Of a stretch of DNA of 64,000 nucleotides, positions 32,983-47,718 are shown piece after piece. The notes under the pieces are model-generated. The model worked only from the letters and a program-made list of their open reading frames with translations. It did no database searches and was not told the origin of the DNA. Origin of the DNA: Schizosaccharomyces osmophilus (Eukaryota); NCBI RefSeq assembly GCF_027921745.1, contig NC_079239.1, positions 2,852,001-2,916,000 on the forward strand, in the 5' to 3' direction. Numbering within the stretch: position 1 is the first letter of the stretch; every line of letters starts with the position of its first letter. The position numbers and the translations under genes were made by a program.

Positions 32983-34722
32983 ATGGCGAACGAGCATGAT
33001 ACTTTGCTGCCAGTGCACGAGCAACATGTAAGAGATGAGCCAAACCGCGTCTCATGGAGACTGAAAAAGGTGCATTACATTCTTCTTTCCGTTGTTTTTA
33101 TGGCAATTGGTTTTTTCTTCTTTTTACCGTTTTTGGCAAAAAAGAAAGTAGGACCCAAACCAAAGTATGCGGTGATGATGGTTTCAGATGGTAAGTTTCT
33201 AAAATTGGTAGGCATTGCTTCTTCCTTTTTTTGCAATTAAAAATAAAAGTCATATTTTGACGTTTAAATGTTAGGAATGGGACCTGCTTCTTTATCCATG
33301 AGTCGATCGTTTGCTGAGTATATCACTGGCGATAAGGATTACATTCTTCCTCTCGACAAGCATTTAATCGGAAGCTCTAGAACACGATCTAGCTCTAGTC
33401 TCATTACGGATAGCGCTGCTGGTGCCACTGCCTTTTCTTGTGCTGCCAAAAGTTATAATGGAGCAGTGGGTGTTTTAGATGGTGGTAAAGCTTGCGGGAC
33501 TTTATTAGAAGCAGCAAAAGAAGCAGGCTATTTGACTGGTATGGTCGTCACTAGTAGAATAACGGATGCCACGCCTGCTTCATTTTCTTCTCATGTTGCG
33601 AATCGCTTTATGCAAAGTCTAATTGCCGAGTATCAGGTAGGTATGGGACCCTTGGGACGGAGTACGGATTTAATGTTTGGTGGAGGGCTATGCTCATTTC
33701 TTCCCAATTCAAGTTATCAATCATGCCGTGCCGATGACTTGGACCTCTTAAAGTATGCTAAAGCCGAACAAGATTTCAACGTACTTTTGGACCGTGCGGA
33801 ATTTGATGATTCAACGAGGCATCAACTTCCATTATTAGGCTTGTTTTCTGGCCGTCACATGGACTACAATATAGACAGAGACCCCAAGAGCCAACCTTCT
33901 CTTACCGAAATGGTAGAATCGGCTCTTGATACCCTCTATAAATTTTCCCAGTCTACTGGAAAAGGATTTTTCTTACTTATTGAAGGCAGTCGTATTGATA
34001 TGGCTTCTCACAACAACGATCCTGTAGCCCATGTTCATGATGTGTTGGAGTATAACCGTGCTTTCCAAAAGGCTTCTGACTTTATAGAAAAAACAGGAGG
34101 AGTTTTGATATCTACTTCTGACCATGAAACTGGTGGATTAACCGTCGGTCGACAGGTTACTCCGGAATATCCTGATTATATTTGGAAGCCAGAAGTCCTT
34201 GAACGGGCTACTCATTCCTTCGAATACCTTGCCAAATCAATAATGATCCACGAGGAGTCGGAACTTCGTTCCTATATTCAAAATAGCATTTTCCCAGCTT
34301 TGGGAATTAAGAAGCCCAGTCATAAAATGGTGAACAGCCTCTATGATGCGAGATCGAATGTCTTTGAATTGATCAGCCGCATGAGTCTTATCATCGGCGA
34401 ACAGGCACAAATTGGATATACTACTCATGGTCACACAGCAGTAGATGTGAACGTTTATGGAAGCGGCGATGCAATTCGTGACATAAGGGGAAATATTGAA
34501 AATATTGAGATTGGAAAATATTTGGAAGAGTATTTAGGAATCTCATTGGACCAAGTCACCTCTAAATTGACCGATGCTCCCATATATGGTGATCCAGATC
34601 GTGGATTTAAGGCAGGCGCATTTGTACACGAAATATTGGAGAAACATTCTGAGGTGAATACTAGGGAATATGAAGATTACTTGGCATCATCGGCTAAAAG
34701 AGGCCATAGTGTTGAGCTTTAG
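32983..34722 (+). CDS. pho8: Vacuolar membrane alkaline phosphatase; intron 33191-33274
   Basis: N-terminal transmembrane segment; VSDG|MGP across the intron; TDSAAGATA, EGSRIDMASH, TSDHETGG and HTAVDV motifs. Confidence 0.92.
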
Positions 34723-35234
34723 ATGTTTATGTTCTCTTCAAGATCCGTTTGTTTCGGCGTCCTAAAGCAGACGTTTGATATATGATCTCTTTACAGATTC
34801 CTGATATGGATATTCATGATTATAATTTATTATATTGGCCATTTTCCTCACATAAACATTCTAGATATGTTTCCTAAGCACACAGATCATTGTTATTCTA
34901 TTTCATTCATAGTTATTTATATAAGAAATATTTTATGAAATGAGTTAACCCTCATAAACATCTTGGTTGGGCTTAGTAGTTAGTGATCAGTTACTTACTA
35001 TTATAGAGTATTAAAGCCATTCAAATTTGTACAACTACTTATTTTATTTTGTTTTACATGAAATTCTTGTAGGATGCTTTTGTACTTCTTGTACTTTAGA
35101 AATTTAGTGCGTTACTTTTAAAGTGAGTTGTAATTAACATATACCTCTTACCATAACCAAAAAAAAAAAATCTTCTTTTATAAACGCTTATATAGTCTGA
35201 ATTCATTAGAATTTCAACGTAGAACTTGATTTGA

Positions 35235-37075
35235 ATGGATTTTTTCGAGGATAACAATCCATTCGGGGACCAAAACCCAAATCGTTTATCGGAATCTAGT
35301 AAACACTCAGAAGAGCAATCGGCATCTGCGACACAGCAGAATCAAAACGAAAATGATGATAATATAGCTTGGAACCTAAAAGCTAGCTTGGAGGAGAAGG
35401 GAAGGAAAGCTACGTTCTGGAAAGATTCCAATGTCAAAGAAGATGATCTTCCCAGCGCCATTTTCATAACAGGTGCCGTAAAAGCAGAACGAGGGAACCA
35501 TATTGTTTATAATATAAAAGTAAATGTAAGTGTTTCTTCTGACCTTCTACTGGAATGGAATACTAGTCAAAAATGAGAAACTCGCTAACGAAGCAGAATT
35601 CTGAAGTACAGAGACGATATTCTGAGTTTGCATCTTTACGAGTGCAATTCGAAAGATTATATCCCACATGCCTAGTGCCTGTTTTGCCGGATAAGCATAA
35701 AATAATGGACTATGTATTTAATATGACTAAATCACAACGGACAACTCGATTACTTGAAGAGCGGAAACGACTGCTTCAATCATTTCTAAGAAGAGTCGCG
35801 CTACATCCAAGACTTGGAAAATCAGATATATTTTTCAAGTTTTTAAGTCGACACGTGTCGTGGAATGATGTTTTACATTCAGCTCCCATAAGCTTGCTTC
35901 CCAAGGATTCATTAAAAGTACATCCAGAAAATCCAGCTTCGAACGAATACACTGATACTTATTCAAGACTTCCAGTGCCCTCCAAAATGTCTCTTCCCGT
36001 TGAATCTTATGATGAAGTAAGCCGAAGTTATTTGTCTCTAGAAAACTCCTTGAGAAATTACTCCGTAAACCTACAGGAGCACCTCTCTCGGATTAATCGA
36101 GGCGTTTTTTCGATTTCTCAAATGTCCTTAGCTTGTTCTAATTTAGGTGCAACTTTTAATGCACTTTCTTTATCGGAAACTGCTCAATTGATGGCCGCTT
36201 TGGAAAAGGTTGGACAAGCCAATGATCAAACTTGTCTATCAGGGATTGATTTCATACATGGGTTGGTGGTAGACGCCATAGAGCCGCTTTCTGAGGTATC
36301 CAAATCTGCAAAGAGTATGCGCCATATTATCATATTTCGTCGAATGAAATATATTCAGAATGTAGTCGTGAAAGATTTGTTACGAAAAAAAAGAGGACTT
36401 CTTAATCAGCTAGAAAGGCGTGAACAACAGGCAAGTCGATTGCAATCGGCCATTGAAGGAAACGACGGAGTCTTAGATGACGAAACTCGTAATCTCTTGG
36501 AAGCGTCGAAATCCGCATCACAATCACTTTATGGTCCTGAACAGCAACGAGATGGTCTAAACGGAAGAAATCGTCCATTACTTTCAGACTTACATGAAAA
36601 CTTTGGCCAAGCATTAGGAAATGAACATGAAGTGGATGAACAGATCGATTCCGAACGCATCCAGGAATACGCACGAGAGTTAGCGAATACGCAGCATCAA
36701 CAAAGTGAGGTTGCTTCTTCTGAAACCTCTGTCTCTACGGTTTTGCTACCACGTAAAGTTCGTGATGTGTTTGATCAAATTCGGTTTGCTTTTAATGGGC
36801 TAGCTGACAATAACGTTGAAGCAAACCGTCATAACTCAATGGGGTGGACGATAGAGAGTATTCATCATTTGGAAACAATGGCGGAGCTTACTAGCAGAGA
36901 CCTCGAATTTGTAACTGCATCCATTGGATCAGAGTATGAGCGCTACAAAAGAATTCACCAAGAGGATATGTCAACGGTTTGTAACAAGTTTGCGGATCGC
37001 CATATAGAATGGGCGGATAGGAACATACGTGCATGGAGAAATATACGGCAGGATCTGACTTCCAATGTTATGTAA
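35235..37075 (+). CDS. PX-BAR sorting nexin (Snx41/Mug186-like); intron 35526-35596
   Basis: PX motifs RRYSEFASLR, PVLPDKH and ERKRLLQSFL followed by a helical BAR region. Phase-0 GTAAGT..CTAAC..CAG intron. Confidence 0.85.
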
Positions 37076-37847
37076 ATTGACATAATCGAGCATTCAACCA
37101 ATGTATATGAAAGTTTCGCTGAGTGAATTCTCTAAAGACTTACAACTTTTTTTAAATTATACGTGCTATATTTATGACTTTTTACGCTTTAAATTTACCG
37201 GTAATAATGTTAATGTTTTAGTGCATGCTTGTTCACTCATTTGACAATTTTCCGATCAAATCATTATGTTTTTCTTAGGTTTTCTCTAATTTTTTATGAA
37301 TATTCTTTAATTTCCCATTTGAATATGTAAGGGACAATGTTCCTTTCGAATCCATTAGCTAAATGGTGAGTTTGTCAAAGTGTATCTACACATACAACTA
37401 ATGGTGTGGAAACATCGTCTGATAGAAAATAGTAACTAAAGAAAGGTATAGCAATTGCTGCCAAGGAGTATCAGAGTAGTTTCATTTTCATCTTATGATT
37501 GACTGCAAAATCGCATTAGCTTGTAGATACAATGTCGCTTTTTTTTTTATTTTTTGAAACTACTGTAAATAAAAGAAATGAAAAACAAAATGTAATATGG
37601 AAAAGTTAAGCTTACTGCTCTATTTTCATTATAGAGACAGGTACTTGAATAGTGATGAACCTATGTCATCAACATATTTAGTTACTCCATGAACCTTTGA
37701 CCATATTGGGAAATTGGAAGTTTTTTGATTTCTACAGTTCTATTTTGCTAGAAATTTAGTATTTTATTTACCATTTAGTTCACTCTATGGATCGAACGCA
37801 CTTGCTGAGATTTTAAAGACTTTGGCAGTGTATTAGAATCATTACCT

Positions 37848-39341
37848 ATGAAAGCAATGAGAAAAGAGGATTCAAAGGCTATACTAAACAAAATTTCTAT
37901 ATACTTTCTCTGTCCAGGTTGCGATTCCTTGCCGAGTTGGCCCATCACTCTTCCTTGTGGAGGAACTGTTTGTAGAGATTGTTTTCGCGGATTTTATACG
38001 TATAGCGGCGTGAACGATGATAGCACACTTGTTCCTTCTAAATCCTGTATCTATAAGCATGTACGGCCTCATTATTCTGTCGAAACGGAGACAAAAGATG
38101 TTACGTTGGCAAAAGTAATTGATTGGATTCAGTCTACCCAGGAGAAACTTGAACAAATTCAAACATCTTCGTTGAATAATTCAATGTGCTCGGAGAATAG
38201 AAGAGAGGCAGTGGATTTTTATGCGTCCAAGAATTTCTCTTCGAAAACTGTAACATCTGGGATAAGTATGGAAAAAGAAGCTATACAAGACCTTCCAACG
38301 AATCGTTCGGATCTTAGTTTACCAGATATTCGAAAAAGTGGTACAAAGTTGAACATACAGGAGGCTTTGGCAAAAGAATTGGAATGCCAAATTTGTTTTG
38401 GTTTGCTGTACGATCCAGTCGTGACCCCATGCGGACATACATTTTGTGGACCCTGTTTAATCCAAGCACAGACTCAGTCTCCTCAATGCCCTACCTGTCG
38501 TTCTTTACTTCCTTCTCCTGTAGTTTTAGAGCATGCGAAATGCCGTTGTATACGTGCTTTTCTTCAAGATTACTACCCCATTCATTGGTTAGAACGGCAA
38601 AATAGTTGGGAAGAAGAGAAGGAGCAAGAAAGTTGGCTTCCTTTGTTTATTTGTATGGTAGCCTATCCACGTATGCCTACGTTCCTTCATATTTTTGAGC
38701 TTCGATATCACATCATGATAAAGAAATGTTTAGAGTCATCAAAACGATTTTGTATGGCAATGCCTTTACGTCCTCATAATGATGGGCGCAACGAACATCG
38801 TGAGTTAAGGAACGCTCGAGGCCAGCGGCTCTTTTGTTCAGAATATGGAACTATTCTTGAAATTATACAGGTGGAACCTTTAATTGATGGCCGGAATTTG
38901 GTAGAGGCTCGTGGCTCGTATTCTGTACGGATTATTGATTTCCGAGCTGATGGACTATTTCCTAGAGTAAAAATTGAGAAGCATTTTGATACACCTCTCC
39001 GAGCTACCCCTTTACAATTTCCGGAACCAGAGTATTTATTAATGTATGGACACCTAAGTAATGAAGAGCTTGTCAACAGGGTTGATGATTTTTACATGGA
39101 TGCGAGACGGACTTATGTGCACTGGGTAGTTCCTTTGATAGATATAAAAGCTGAAGCAAACAGTTCTATTTCCGATCTTTCCTACAAAATTACCAATCTT
39201 CTTCCTATTTCTGAATTGGAAAAGACAAGAATCCTTCAGGTTGACAACCCAACTGATCGACTGGTTCTTGTGTTGATATGGCTAACACAGCTTCAAAATA
39301 GTTGGTGGTATCGAATTGGAAGTGCTTGTACAATTGCTTAG
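37848..39341 (+). CDS. LON-peptidase N-terminal domain and RING finger E3 ligase (LONRF family)
   Basis: Two RING-like motifs (CPGC..PCGGTVCRDC; CQIC..PCGHTFCGPC..CPTCR) and a LON/PUA segment LHIFELRYHIMIKKCL. Confidence 0.87.
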   Translation: MKAMRKEDSKAILNKISIYFLCPGCDSLPSWPITLPCGGTVCRDCFRGFYTYSGVNDDSTLVPSKSCIYKHVRPHYSVETETKDVTLAKVIDWIQSTQEKLEQIQTSSLNNSMCSENRREAVDFYASKNFSSKTVTSGISMEKEAIQDLPTNRSDLSLPDIRKSGTKLNIQEALAKELECQICFGLLYDPVVTPCGHTFCGPCLIQAQTQSPQCPTCRSLLPSPVVLEHAKCRCIRAFLQDYYPIHWLERQNSWEEEKEQESWLPLFICMVAYPRMPTFLHIFELRYHIMIKKCLESSKRFCMAMPLRPHNDGRNEHRELRNARGQRLFCSEYGTILEIIQVEPLIDGRNLVEARGSYSVRIIDFRADGLFPRVKIEKHFDTPLRATPLQFPEPEYLLMYGHLSNEELVNRVDDFYMDARRTYVHWVVPLIDIKAEANSSISDLSYKITNLLPISELEKTRILQVDNPTDRLVLVLIWLTQLQNSWWYRIGSACTIA

Positions 39342-40155
39342 CGATAATGACTCCTGTTTTTGTTTTTGTTTTGTTTTTTTGTTTTTTTTTTTGATATGCC
39401 TTGTGCTTGTTGGACACGGCTCACTTAGCATTTTTTTTCCTTGGACTGTTGAAAAAACTAATCCACTATTAATGAAGTTGTCATTTTGTTTTGTATTTCA
39501 AAGTGGACAACAAGATTGCCGTTGTCTCATGTCAACATTTATTCCTTTTTTTTTTAAATAACGGATCTATTCCTATGCTATTTATTATTCCTATTATCTT
39601 AATTGAAATTTTGCTGTCTATGACTACGGCGTTAGTTTGTTATTTAATGATTGTTAAAAGATTTCCTAAGGAATTGACATGTTGCTAATATAATTTCTTG
39701 AATCTTTTACATTTCTGTTTTTACAACTAATAAATATGAGGTTAACATGAAAGAATGCATCTAAAAGGATTGAATGAGTTACGATCGCATTTTTAATGAT
39801 ACTTTCGTCTACAAAGTGAGAGATGGTATATTTTGCAATAGCACTTACGCCAATTACTGGCAAACCTTTTCAATGTACGTCTTCTAGAAAATAAAGGTTT
39901 CATAGTCTTTTCATACTCCCTTCAATCTACCGTGAAATGAGAATTGGCAGTATGAAATATATCTAGATAAATCAAATCTGTTTTTACTGTTATTGTTTAT
40001 TATCTTTTAATTTAAGATTTTGATGTTTTGTATTGTAAGTGTGTTATCACGAAGGAATCAGCAATTAGCAAAATTTTCGCTCTCTTATAAGGCAGTACAT
40101 CGCTCGTTCACGCTTCAGCCATTACAAAACTTTTTGGAGTCTGTCGAGAGAAACC

Positions 40156-41604
40156 ATGGAGGAATACAACACTTACACAACTCCTTTAACATCTAGATAT
40201 GCTTCTCGTGAAATGTCTCACTTGTTCTCTCGGGAGAAGCGTATCAATACGTGGAGACAGCTTTGGTTGAATCTTGCTACGGCTGAGCAGAAGCTCGGTT
40301 TAAACCAAATTACTGATGAAGCTATTCAACAATTGATGGAGCATGTTCAAATTACAGCTCCAGAATTTGAAACTGCCGCTAAAGAAGAGAAGCGTCAAAG
40401 ACACGACGTTATGGCCCACATTTACACTTACGGTTTGGCTGCCCCAGCCGCCGCCGGTATTATTCATTTGGGTGCTACAAGTTGCTTTGTTACTGACAAT
40501 GCCGACCTAATTTTCTTACGTGATGGTATGGATATCTTGATCCCCAAATTAGTGAATGTCATCCACCGCCTAAGCCAATGGAGCATGCGTTATAAAGATG
40601 TTCCCACTCTTGGCTTTACCCATTATCAACCTGCTCAACTTACTACAGTTGGTAAGCGTGCTACATTGTGGATCCAAGAGTTATTGTGGGACTTGCGTAA
40701 CTTCGTTCGTGCTAGAAACGACATTGGCTTCCGAGGCGTAAAAGGTACAACTGGTACCCAGGCTTCTTTCTTGGCTCTCTTCGACGGTGACCATGACAAG
40801 GTTGAAGAACTCGATGAACTTGTTGCTAAGCTTAGCGGTTTTGACACCGTTTATCCCGTAACTGGTCAAACTTATGATCGCAAGATTGACATTGATGTTC
40901 TTCAACCTCTGGCTTCTTTTGCCACTACTGCCCATAAAATCGCTACTGACATTCGTCTTCTCGCCAACTTGAAGGAGGTCGAGGAGCCCTTCGAAGCTGG
41001 TCAAATTGGTAGCTCTGCCATGGCCTACAAAAGAAATCCTATGCGTTGTGAACGCATTTGCTCACAAGCTCGTTACATTATGAATCTGATTCCTAATGCC
41101 CTTAATACTTTTTCCGTTCAATGGTTCGAGCGCACTCTGGATGATAGCTCCAACCGCCGTTCGCTCATCCCTGAAGCTTTCTTGTTTACTGACAGTGTCA
41201 TGAAGATTCTCTTGAACGTAATTTCAGGTATGGTCATTTATCCCAAGGTTATTGAAAAGCATGTCAAGGCCGAGCTTCCCTTTATGGCTACTGAGAATAT
41301 TATCATGGCCATGACAAAGCACGGCGCTAGCCGTCATGAATGTCATGAACAAATTCGTGTCTTGTCTCATCAAGCAGGCCGCGTTGTAAAGGAAGAAGGT
41401 GGTGACAATGATTTGATCGAACGAATCAAGAAAACGGCTTACTTTGAGCCGATTCATAATGAATTGGATTCGTTATTGGATGCTTCTACCTTCGTTGGAC
41501 GCGCTCCTGAACAGACTGAATCTTTCGTTAACAAACATGTTGCCAAAGCCCTTGGACCCTTGAAGCATATGATTACTGAAGAAAGGGTTGACCTTGCCGT
41601 ATAA
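40156..41604 (+). CDS. ade8: Adenylosuccinate lyase
   Basis: [20 protein letters not shown] and the fumarate-lyase signature [11 protein letters not shown]. Confidence 0.96.
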   Translation: MEEYNTYTTPLTSRYASREMSHLFSREKRINTWRQLWLNLATAEQKLGLNQITDEAIQQLMEHVQITAPEFETAAKEEKRQRHDVMAHIYTYGLAAPAAAGIIHLGATSCFVTDNADLIFLRDGMDILIPKLVNVIHRLSQWSMRYKDVPTLGFTHYQPAQLTTVGKRATLWIQELLWDLRNFVRARNDIGFRGVKGTTGTQASFLALFDGDHDKVEELDELVAKLSGFDTVYPVTGQTYDRKIDIDVLQPLASFATTAHKIATDIRLLANLKEVEEPFEAGQIGSSAMAYKRNPMRCERICSQARYIMNLIPNALNTFSVQWFERTLDDSSNRRSLIPEAFLFTDSVMKILLNVISGMVIYPKVIEKHVKAELPFMATENIIMAMTKHGASRHECHEQIRVLSHQAGRVVKEEGGDNDLIERIKKTAYFEPIHNELDSLLDASTFVGRAPEQTESFVNKHVAKALGPLKHMITEERVDLAV

Positions 41605-41729
41605 GCGAAATTTTGGTATTTCTAATTTCTTTCTTTTTTGGACTACATAATATTAATCTTCGTCTTAATTAGTTTAATTTTATCACATCTATGCAATCCT
41701 AACGTAGCAGCTTTCCAATGTTTGCGATA

Positions 41730-42863
41730 TCAATTTTCAAGAATACTCTGTAACTCGCGTAGTGACACTTCTATTTTGGCGTTTTTTGCAGTGTCTTCTT
41801 CATTTAATCCTGAAGAAGTGCCTGCAGCATTCGTATCATAACTGGTAAAGTCGTGATTGCTTTGACTGGTCGAAGATTTAACAGACGCAATAAACTCTTT
41901 TTGCCGTTCTTCATCAAGATCCAAAGATTGAAGTCCTTTTAGAGCATGCTCGATCTGAGCATTATGCTCATTCAACGATCGAATTTGAGATTCTTCATGT
42001 CCGAGTTGTTTCTCTAATAGCATAAGTAAAGACTCTCGTGCTTGATGAGGCCGATACTCATTGATTAGATGATGCATGTTGAGCAAAATGACTCTTATAT
42101 TTTCGACTTTTTGAGGGAATTGCTCTGGTGCTTTGCTCATAATACCTAATATTTCTAAGAAATTAAGCATTAACGACGTTGATAATAGCTGAAGTTCGTA
42201 GGCTCTTCTAGGAATTATGGTAGTACCGTCAGGCTTGAGGCTTTCTGCTGAGTTGGTCAAATACTCATCTTTCTTCTCATTAGCAGAAAATTCAGGACCA
42301 TCGGCATTTTCCGTTGCGATGTCTTTCTCTTTATTTTTATCGTTTCCCTGTAAGAAATTTCCATTTTCGCTTGCATGACTCTTTTCATCATTTTTGGATT
42401 GAGAGGCACCATCATGAAACTCGTGAAGGCCGGCATGCCCATGACCATAAACAACTCCACTTTTCGGATTATATTCGACTGTTTCTATTTTATCCTCTTC
42501 ATCTTGTAACCCTTTATACAATTGAGAAATTCCAAAATCCTGCAAAGAGGGTATGACATTTTCCAGCTATTTCATCCATTAGTAGGAATCACACAAGCAA
42601 ACACTAAATTAAATTCTACTTACTCTCCAAGTATCTCCAAACATCAGATAAGTTCCAGAAGTAGGACAGGCAGGTACCTTGAAAACCTCTGCCAGTTTTT
42701 TGTCTTCTTCTAATGTCTCATCCCTGTTTTGAGCAGGCGCTTCTCCTTCCTTTTCTGTAAACCTGAATTTTACCTTCTCAAGATTTTCCTTTGTAAACAG
42801 CTTGTAATACAATGGAGGTGGAGGAAACGCTGAAAACAATTGTGCACCTTCCGGTCCTTGCAT
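41730..42863 (-). CDS. med7: Mediator subunit Med7; intron 42567-42623
   Basis: [31 protein letters not shown] and [18 protein letters not shown]. Confidence 0.92.
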
Positions 42864-43852
42864 CTTTTTTAAAACGGCTTCTTTAAATTATTAAATATTT
42901 CGCAAAAAGTATATTGAATATGTTATAGATCACTAAAAGTAAAAATCATTACTTGCACATTAACTGGAAGTCTAGCAATGCTAAGTGTGGAAATGAAATT
43001 TGGCTCAGGTGAAGTTCATTATTCAAGCCTTTTACATGAGCAGTACATGAATTTTTGTTTACCCTGAAAATTAAGGAAATCAAAAGATATCTTTTAGAAG
43101 AAAAAACAACTGTACAGTCAGGCAATATATAGTTTGACAAACTTATATTATCGCGGAATTATCGAGGTACAAATCGTAGTATATTTTCCTAGTAAACCGT
43201 ATACCGATATTCGTTACCTCTTATGCAAAAAGTGTTTATGCAAGAAAAACAGAATAAAACGGGATTTTTTAAGATATTTGAAGGATTTCTTCTTTACTTT
43301 GATTATTTTCTACCTTTGAAGCGTTCTTGCGTCTCGATCTATTCCCATTTAGAGCGATTAAGAAACGAAAAGTGCCTTGGGCATCCTGCCCTAAAAACAA
43401 TGGTTCGTACTCCTTTTTTTTTATGATTACAAATGGTGAATGCTAGAAAAAAAAAATAAGCTTGACTATATCTAAGCTTCCAGCTTAGAAACGCAACTGT
43501 TGATGGTCAGCTTAGATGACGCTTTACTGACTGGAAAAGAAAACAAAAGAAAGACCAATGAAGCACAATTCATACCAATCTTAACAATATCCATAGGAAT
43601 AAATTCGTTCTATTTACATAGTATTAGTGAAAAACAACTCAATGCAATATTTAAATTATGCAAGATAAAATCAATAAACCCACTTGCTATATTTTGACAA
43701 AGGACCTTTTATAAAACTATCATAATACCAAATATTAATGTACATTTTTTCAACATCTGATTCCTTGTTCCCTAATTCTCTATTTTACTCTTGTGAAAAT
43801 ATAGAGAGTAAAGAACAAAAAAATCGTCCATTTTTTATTTTTATTTTACTTT

Positions 43853-46800
43853 TTAGTGCTCTGAAACAGCTGCCGTTGAGGGTTCATGTTCATCATAATT
43901 ATGCAGCCTCGATCCTACCATATACATTTCATCGCGGATACCCTGGGACCATTTGCTGCTCAGTTCTGTCAGACGACGACAAATCACTGCTAAAACAGCA
44001 AACCCTAAAAATATTGGATGCATCATGCGATAAAACTCTGTCTTTGAAAACATAGGAAGGACTGAAGACAAGAAAGGATAGGTCAAGTAAGTAAGCAAAC
44101 TTGGAAAGGTAACTGCCAATATCAATCCACCAGTGAGTGGTAATACGTATACAGTCATCAATTCTTGGATTTGAGGATCATTTGGATCACGTCGAGCTTC
44201 TCTTAAAGCCCTGGTTAAAGCTCGGTCTTCATTTGAGGATGCAAAGTAATACAGAATACGAACCACAAATAGTCCAATAATCCAGCTTTGTAATGCATCC
44301 ACAGTCAAAGAGCCTTTATTGAACAACATTCTGAATGGAATAAAGACATATAATTCCCAGACTGTGCCAGTCAAAATTGGGAGAACAACAAAAGCAAAAA
44401 GATACAGTGTCCCCAATTTACCATAGTTAATCAAAACACGTTTAAGATGTTCTATTTTTGCATATTGACTGACTCGCTGCATAGTGCCCGTGTGACTAGT
44501 AATGTAGTACACTGAGTATACCGGGAAAACTAAAGCGCAAAAACCAATGATATATGTATACAAGTCATGATCAAAAGCAGAAGGGAAAATTGCTTTAAAT
44601 AGCACACGTCCGAGAGACAAGGGGAAAAATACCAAAGATACGGTTGTTAAAACGGACACTAACCAACAGAAAAAAAGTAAAGCAATCAAGCGCTTATAAA
44701 AATATGGCGGTGCATAGGCAGTCGTATAATCAGGATTGTCTTCAACTTTCTCTTTTTTCTCAGGCAATTGGTAGCCATCCTTTGTTATGGGTATCAACAT
44801 AGTACCTGAATGAACGGGAACAACATCCTTTGATGGACATTTTAGAAAACATCCATCAAAAATTAACCCGTCTTCTGAATCTTTCTCGTTAGATTTCTCA
44901 TCATCAGAATCGGACTCAATATCCGTTACTTGTGGTTTACTAAACAACCTGCGAACGAATGTCAATTTCTTTCCTTGATAATATCCCTCTTCATCCTTGA
45001 AACGTTCGCCCATAACATACGACGACAAACGTAAACCTCTGCACAGAAAACTTATCAGCGAACGCCACACAAAACGCATCAGATCCATTGGTTTAAAAAG
45101 CTTTATACTAACATGTATTAAAGCCTGTAAAGCCAACAAATCAATTGGTGCCTCAAAAACAACTGGTTTGGTGGTAAACTTCAACGGAAACACCATACCA
45201 GTCATTTTCAAAATATGAATAACGCTACCGACACATCCCAATATAAAACTAAAGTAAAGAATTGCACTAAATCCAATCTTCTTTAGCTGAAGGAGCATGG
45301 GTTTCTCCAATATTTCTCGAATTGGATGAAACTGAGGATCGTTGGGGTCTCTCAAGAAAAACAAAACTCCAGGACGAACAATCTTTCGAATCATCGATAT
45401 AAATACAGCAAACTCAAACATAAACGTTATACCTATAAACCATGCAAAAAAGGTTGCAGGGAACGGATGGTCCGACATAACATTACATAAAATTTCAAAA
45501 GTCATGTTTTTAAAGGTTCCAATCAAGCAAAGACTTAACAGAATGCCGCAAAATATAGGAAACACAACTAATTCTATAGAAAATATTATAGTAAACTTCA
45601 CTATAGAACCGCATTGACGTAGGCCCTCGCGAAATGCAAGCTCGACGTTTCGAATTTGTGGATCCTTAAAGAGAAATTGTTTCCTATTCAAGTATGATAT
45701 TCCAAGGGATGAAAATAAGCTATAACCAACCATCAATGTAAAGACACGGTCAACAGGTCGTGTAGAGTAATTTTGAATGAAGTCTTTTAACAATTTGGCA
45801 AACATATGAGAGACGCGAAAGACAGGGAATAAAGAAAATGTCTCTATAAATTTATTTTGCACCGTGCTCAAGCGGAATGCAAGTATACCATTGAAATCAC
45901 TCAAAGAGTAGACTTTATCATGAAAAAATGCCGTGAAACTTTGGATTACTTGGTCGTATGACATATCGAAAAAGCTTGATACACCAACAGAGTTTCCAAA
46001 TGAAGATGCACCAGGAAGTTTAAAAATCAACTTCGACAAGTTAAAAAGACCTCCGAGTGTCCAATCCGAAATAGTCCCTAAAATAACCCAACAAAATGTT
46101 AAGACAACGGTGGGGCGTTGAACAAAGAAGAGAGTCCACTCCACAAATATTCTTCCAGTCACATAAGGCACACCAATAACAACAGTCAAAAATATGGATA
46201 CAACAAAAGCGATCACAAAGCAATTTTGCAAAAATCCTAAAACTGGACCACGAAGACCAAGAAACTCAAAAATCCCATCGAAGTCATCAGCATCATCAGC
46301 ATGAGCAATTTGAGCAGCACGGGCAGCAGCATTGACGTCCTCGTCTGCCACAGCTTCGTTTTGAGCTTCTAAGACAGCATTTCTAACAGCTCGGTTATCG
46401 AGATCACGAGCATTGTCAATAACTGGTGGGCCCGGTCGAACCTCGCGGACACTCTCAGGAAGCTCGGGCGCATGGTTGTCTTCACTTTCAGATTCTGAAG
46501 AAGTCGGAGAGTTCATTGAGGACTCATCAGCAAATGGATTCAAGTTATCATTGTTATGTGCCTCGGCCAAATTCGTAGAAGATGCTTGAGAATGAGGGCC
46601 AGATCCGGGAATAGGCTGTATACGATTATATCCCATGGTATCAATTCCGTCAAGAGGCCTTTGAGGTGCAAACGGATTCACTCTTGGGTATTGATCACTT
46701 TCTGGGAAATCATCATCTCCATTTCTATCAGGAGTGTTCACCATAGTGTTAGCAGCATCCCGGATATTATTCTCAAGCAAGGCAAAGCGACGGCGAGCAC

Positions 46801-47718
46801 GATCCAGTTCTTCGATTCTACCATTACGTTGAAGCTCTTCATTACGCTGGAGTTGACGCTCGCGCAAATTATCCATTACAACAGCGAGCCTTTGACGAGC
46901 TTCGTGTACTTCACGCATGTTTCGGGCAGCGGCTTGGTTGTTTTCGTCAAGATCATTAAATTGTTGTCCCTGTAGTTCATCAACCACATGAACTGCATTT
47001 TGCAAAACCCATTCACGAACAAGAAAAGCAGTGATTAGAACGAATGTCACAGAAAATGTCAAAACCTGTCCTTGAGCTGTGCTTGCAATTAGCATATTCA
47101 AACGAGGTATAGATGTAATGGAAGATATAGATTCAAAGTAGCCAGGCGCCCTTTGGCCATGAATTGTAGTTACATTCGCATTTGCAGACGCAAAAGTGTA
47201 AGCATCTCCTAATTTCAAATTTAAGCTCCAAACATATTGTAATAGTAAGGGAAGCAATACGGTCCAACAAAATAATGCTAATAAAACCCTAGAAATAAAA
47301 AACAGCTTCTTCTGCGTAGTCACAATAACTTTTTTGCAAAGTACAAAAAAGGGAATCGATTGGGGCATCCTATCCGAATAAACTAGCCGTATTAGTAAAG
47401 GAGCTTTCACCAACCAAATTAAGAAATACATACTTTTCGTAAATCTAAATTGTGACTTGCACAGCTCACAATGCTTCTTTTTACTATGAGCTAACCACTC
47501 GACCAGACTATAATTGACTGTTAGCGCGAATCCACTTCATACCCAAATCCCAAACGTACCATTCCTGATGAACATATCGAATACTTCCTGTGCATTTACT
47601 ATTCATATTAGCTTACCAATGCTTGGTGCCTTTCCATTACATACCAAGGATGGAATAATGGTGAATCTTCGGTTCCTTCACACCGACAAACCCGACAGAT
47701 CTCTTCATCCGAGTTCAT
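43853..47718 (-). CDS. doa10: ERAD E3 ligase Doa10/MARCH6; introns 47599-47644, 47508-47559 and 47383-47433
   Basis: Spliced RING-CH domain ([40 protein letters not shown]), TD-domain motif [14 protein letters not shown] and many TM segments. Confidence 0.93.

Noticed and set aside
43471..43489. 8-bp inverted repeat TCTAAGCT-tcc-AGCTTAGA
   Set aside because: Isolated and short; compatible with chance in 64 kb.
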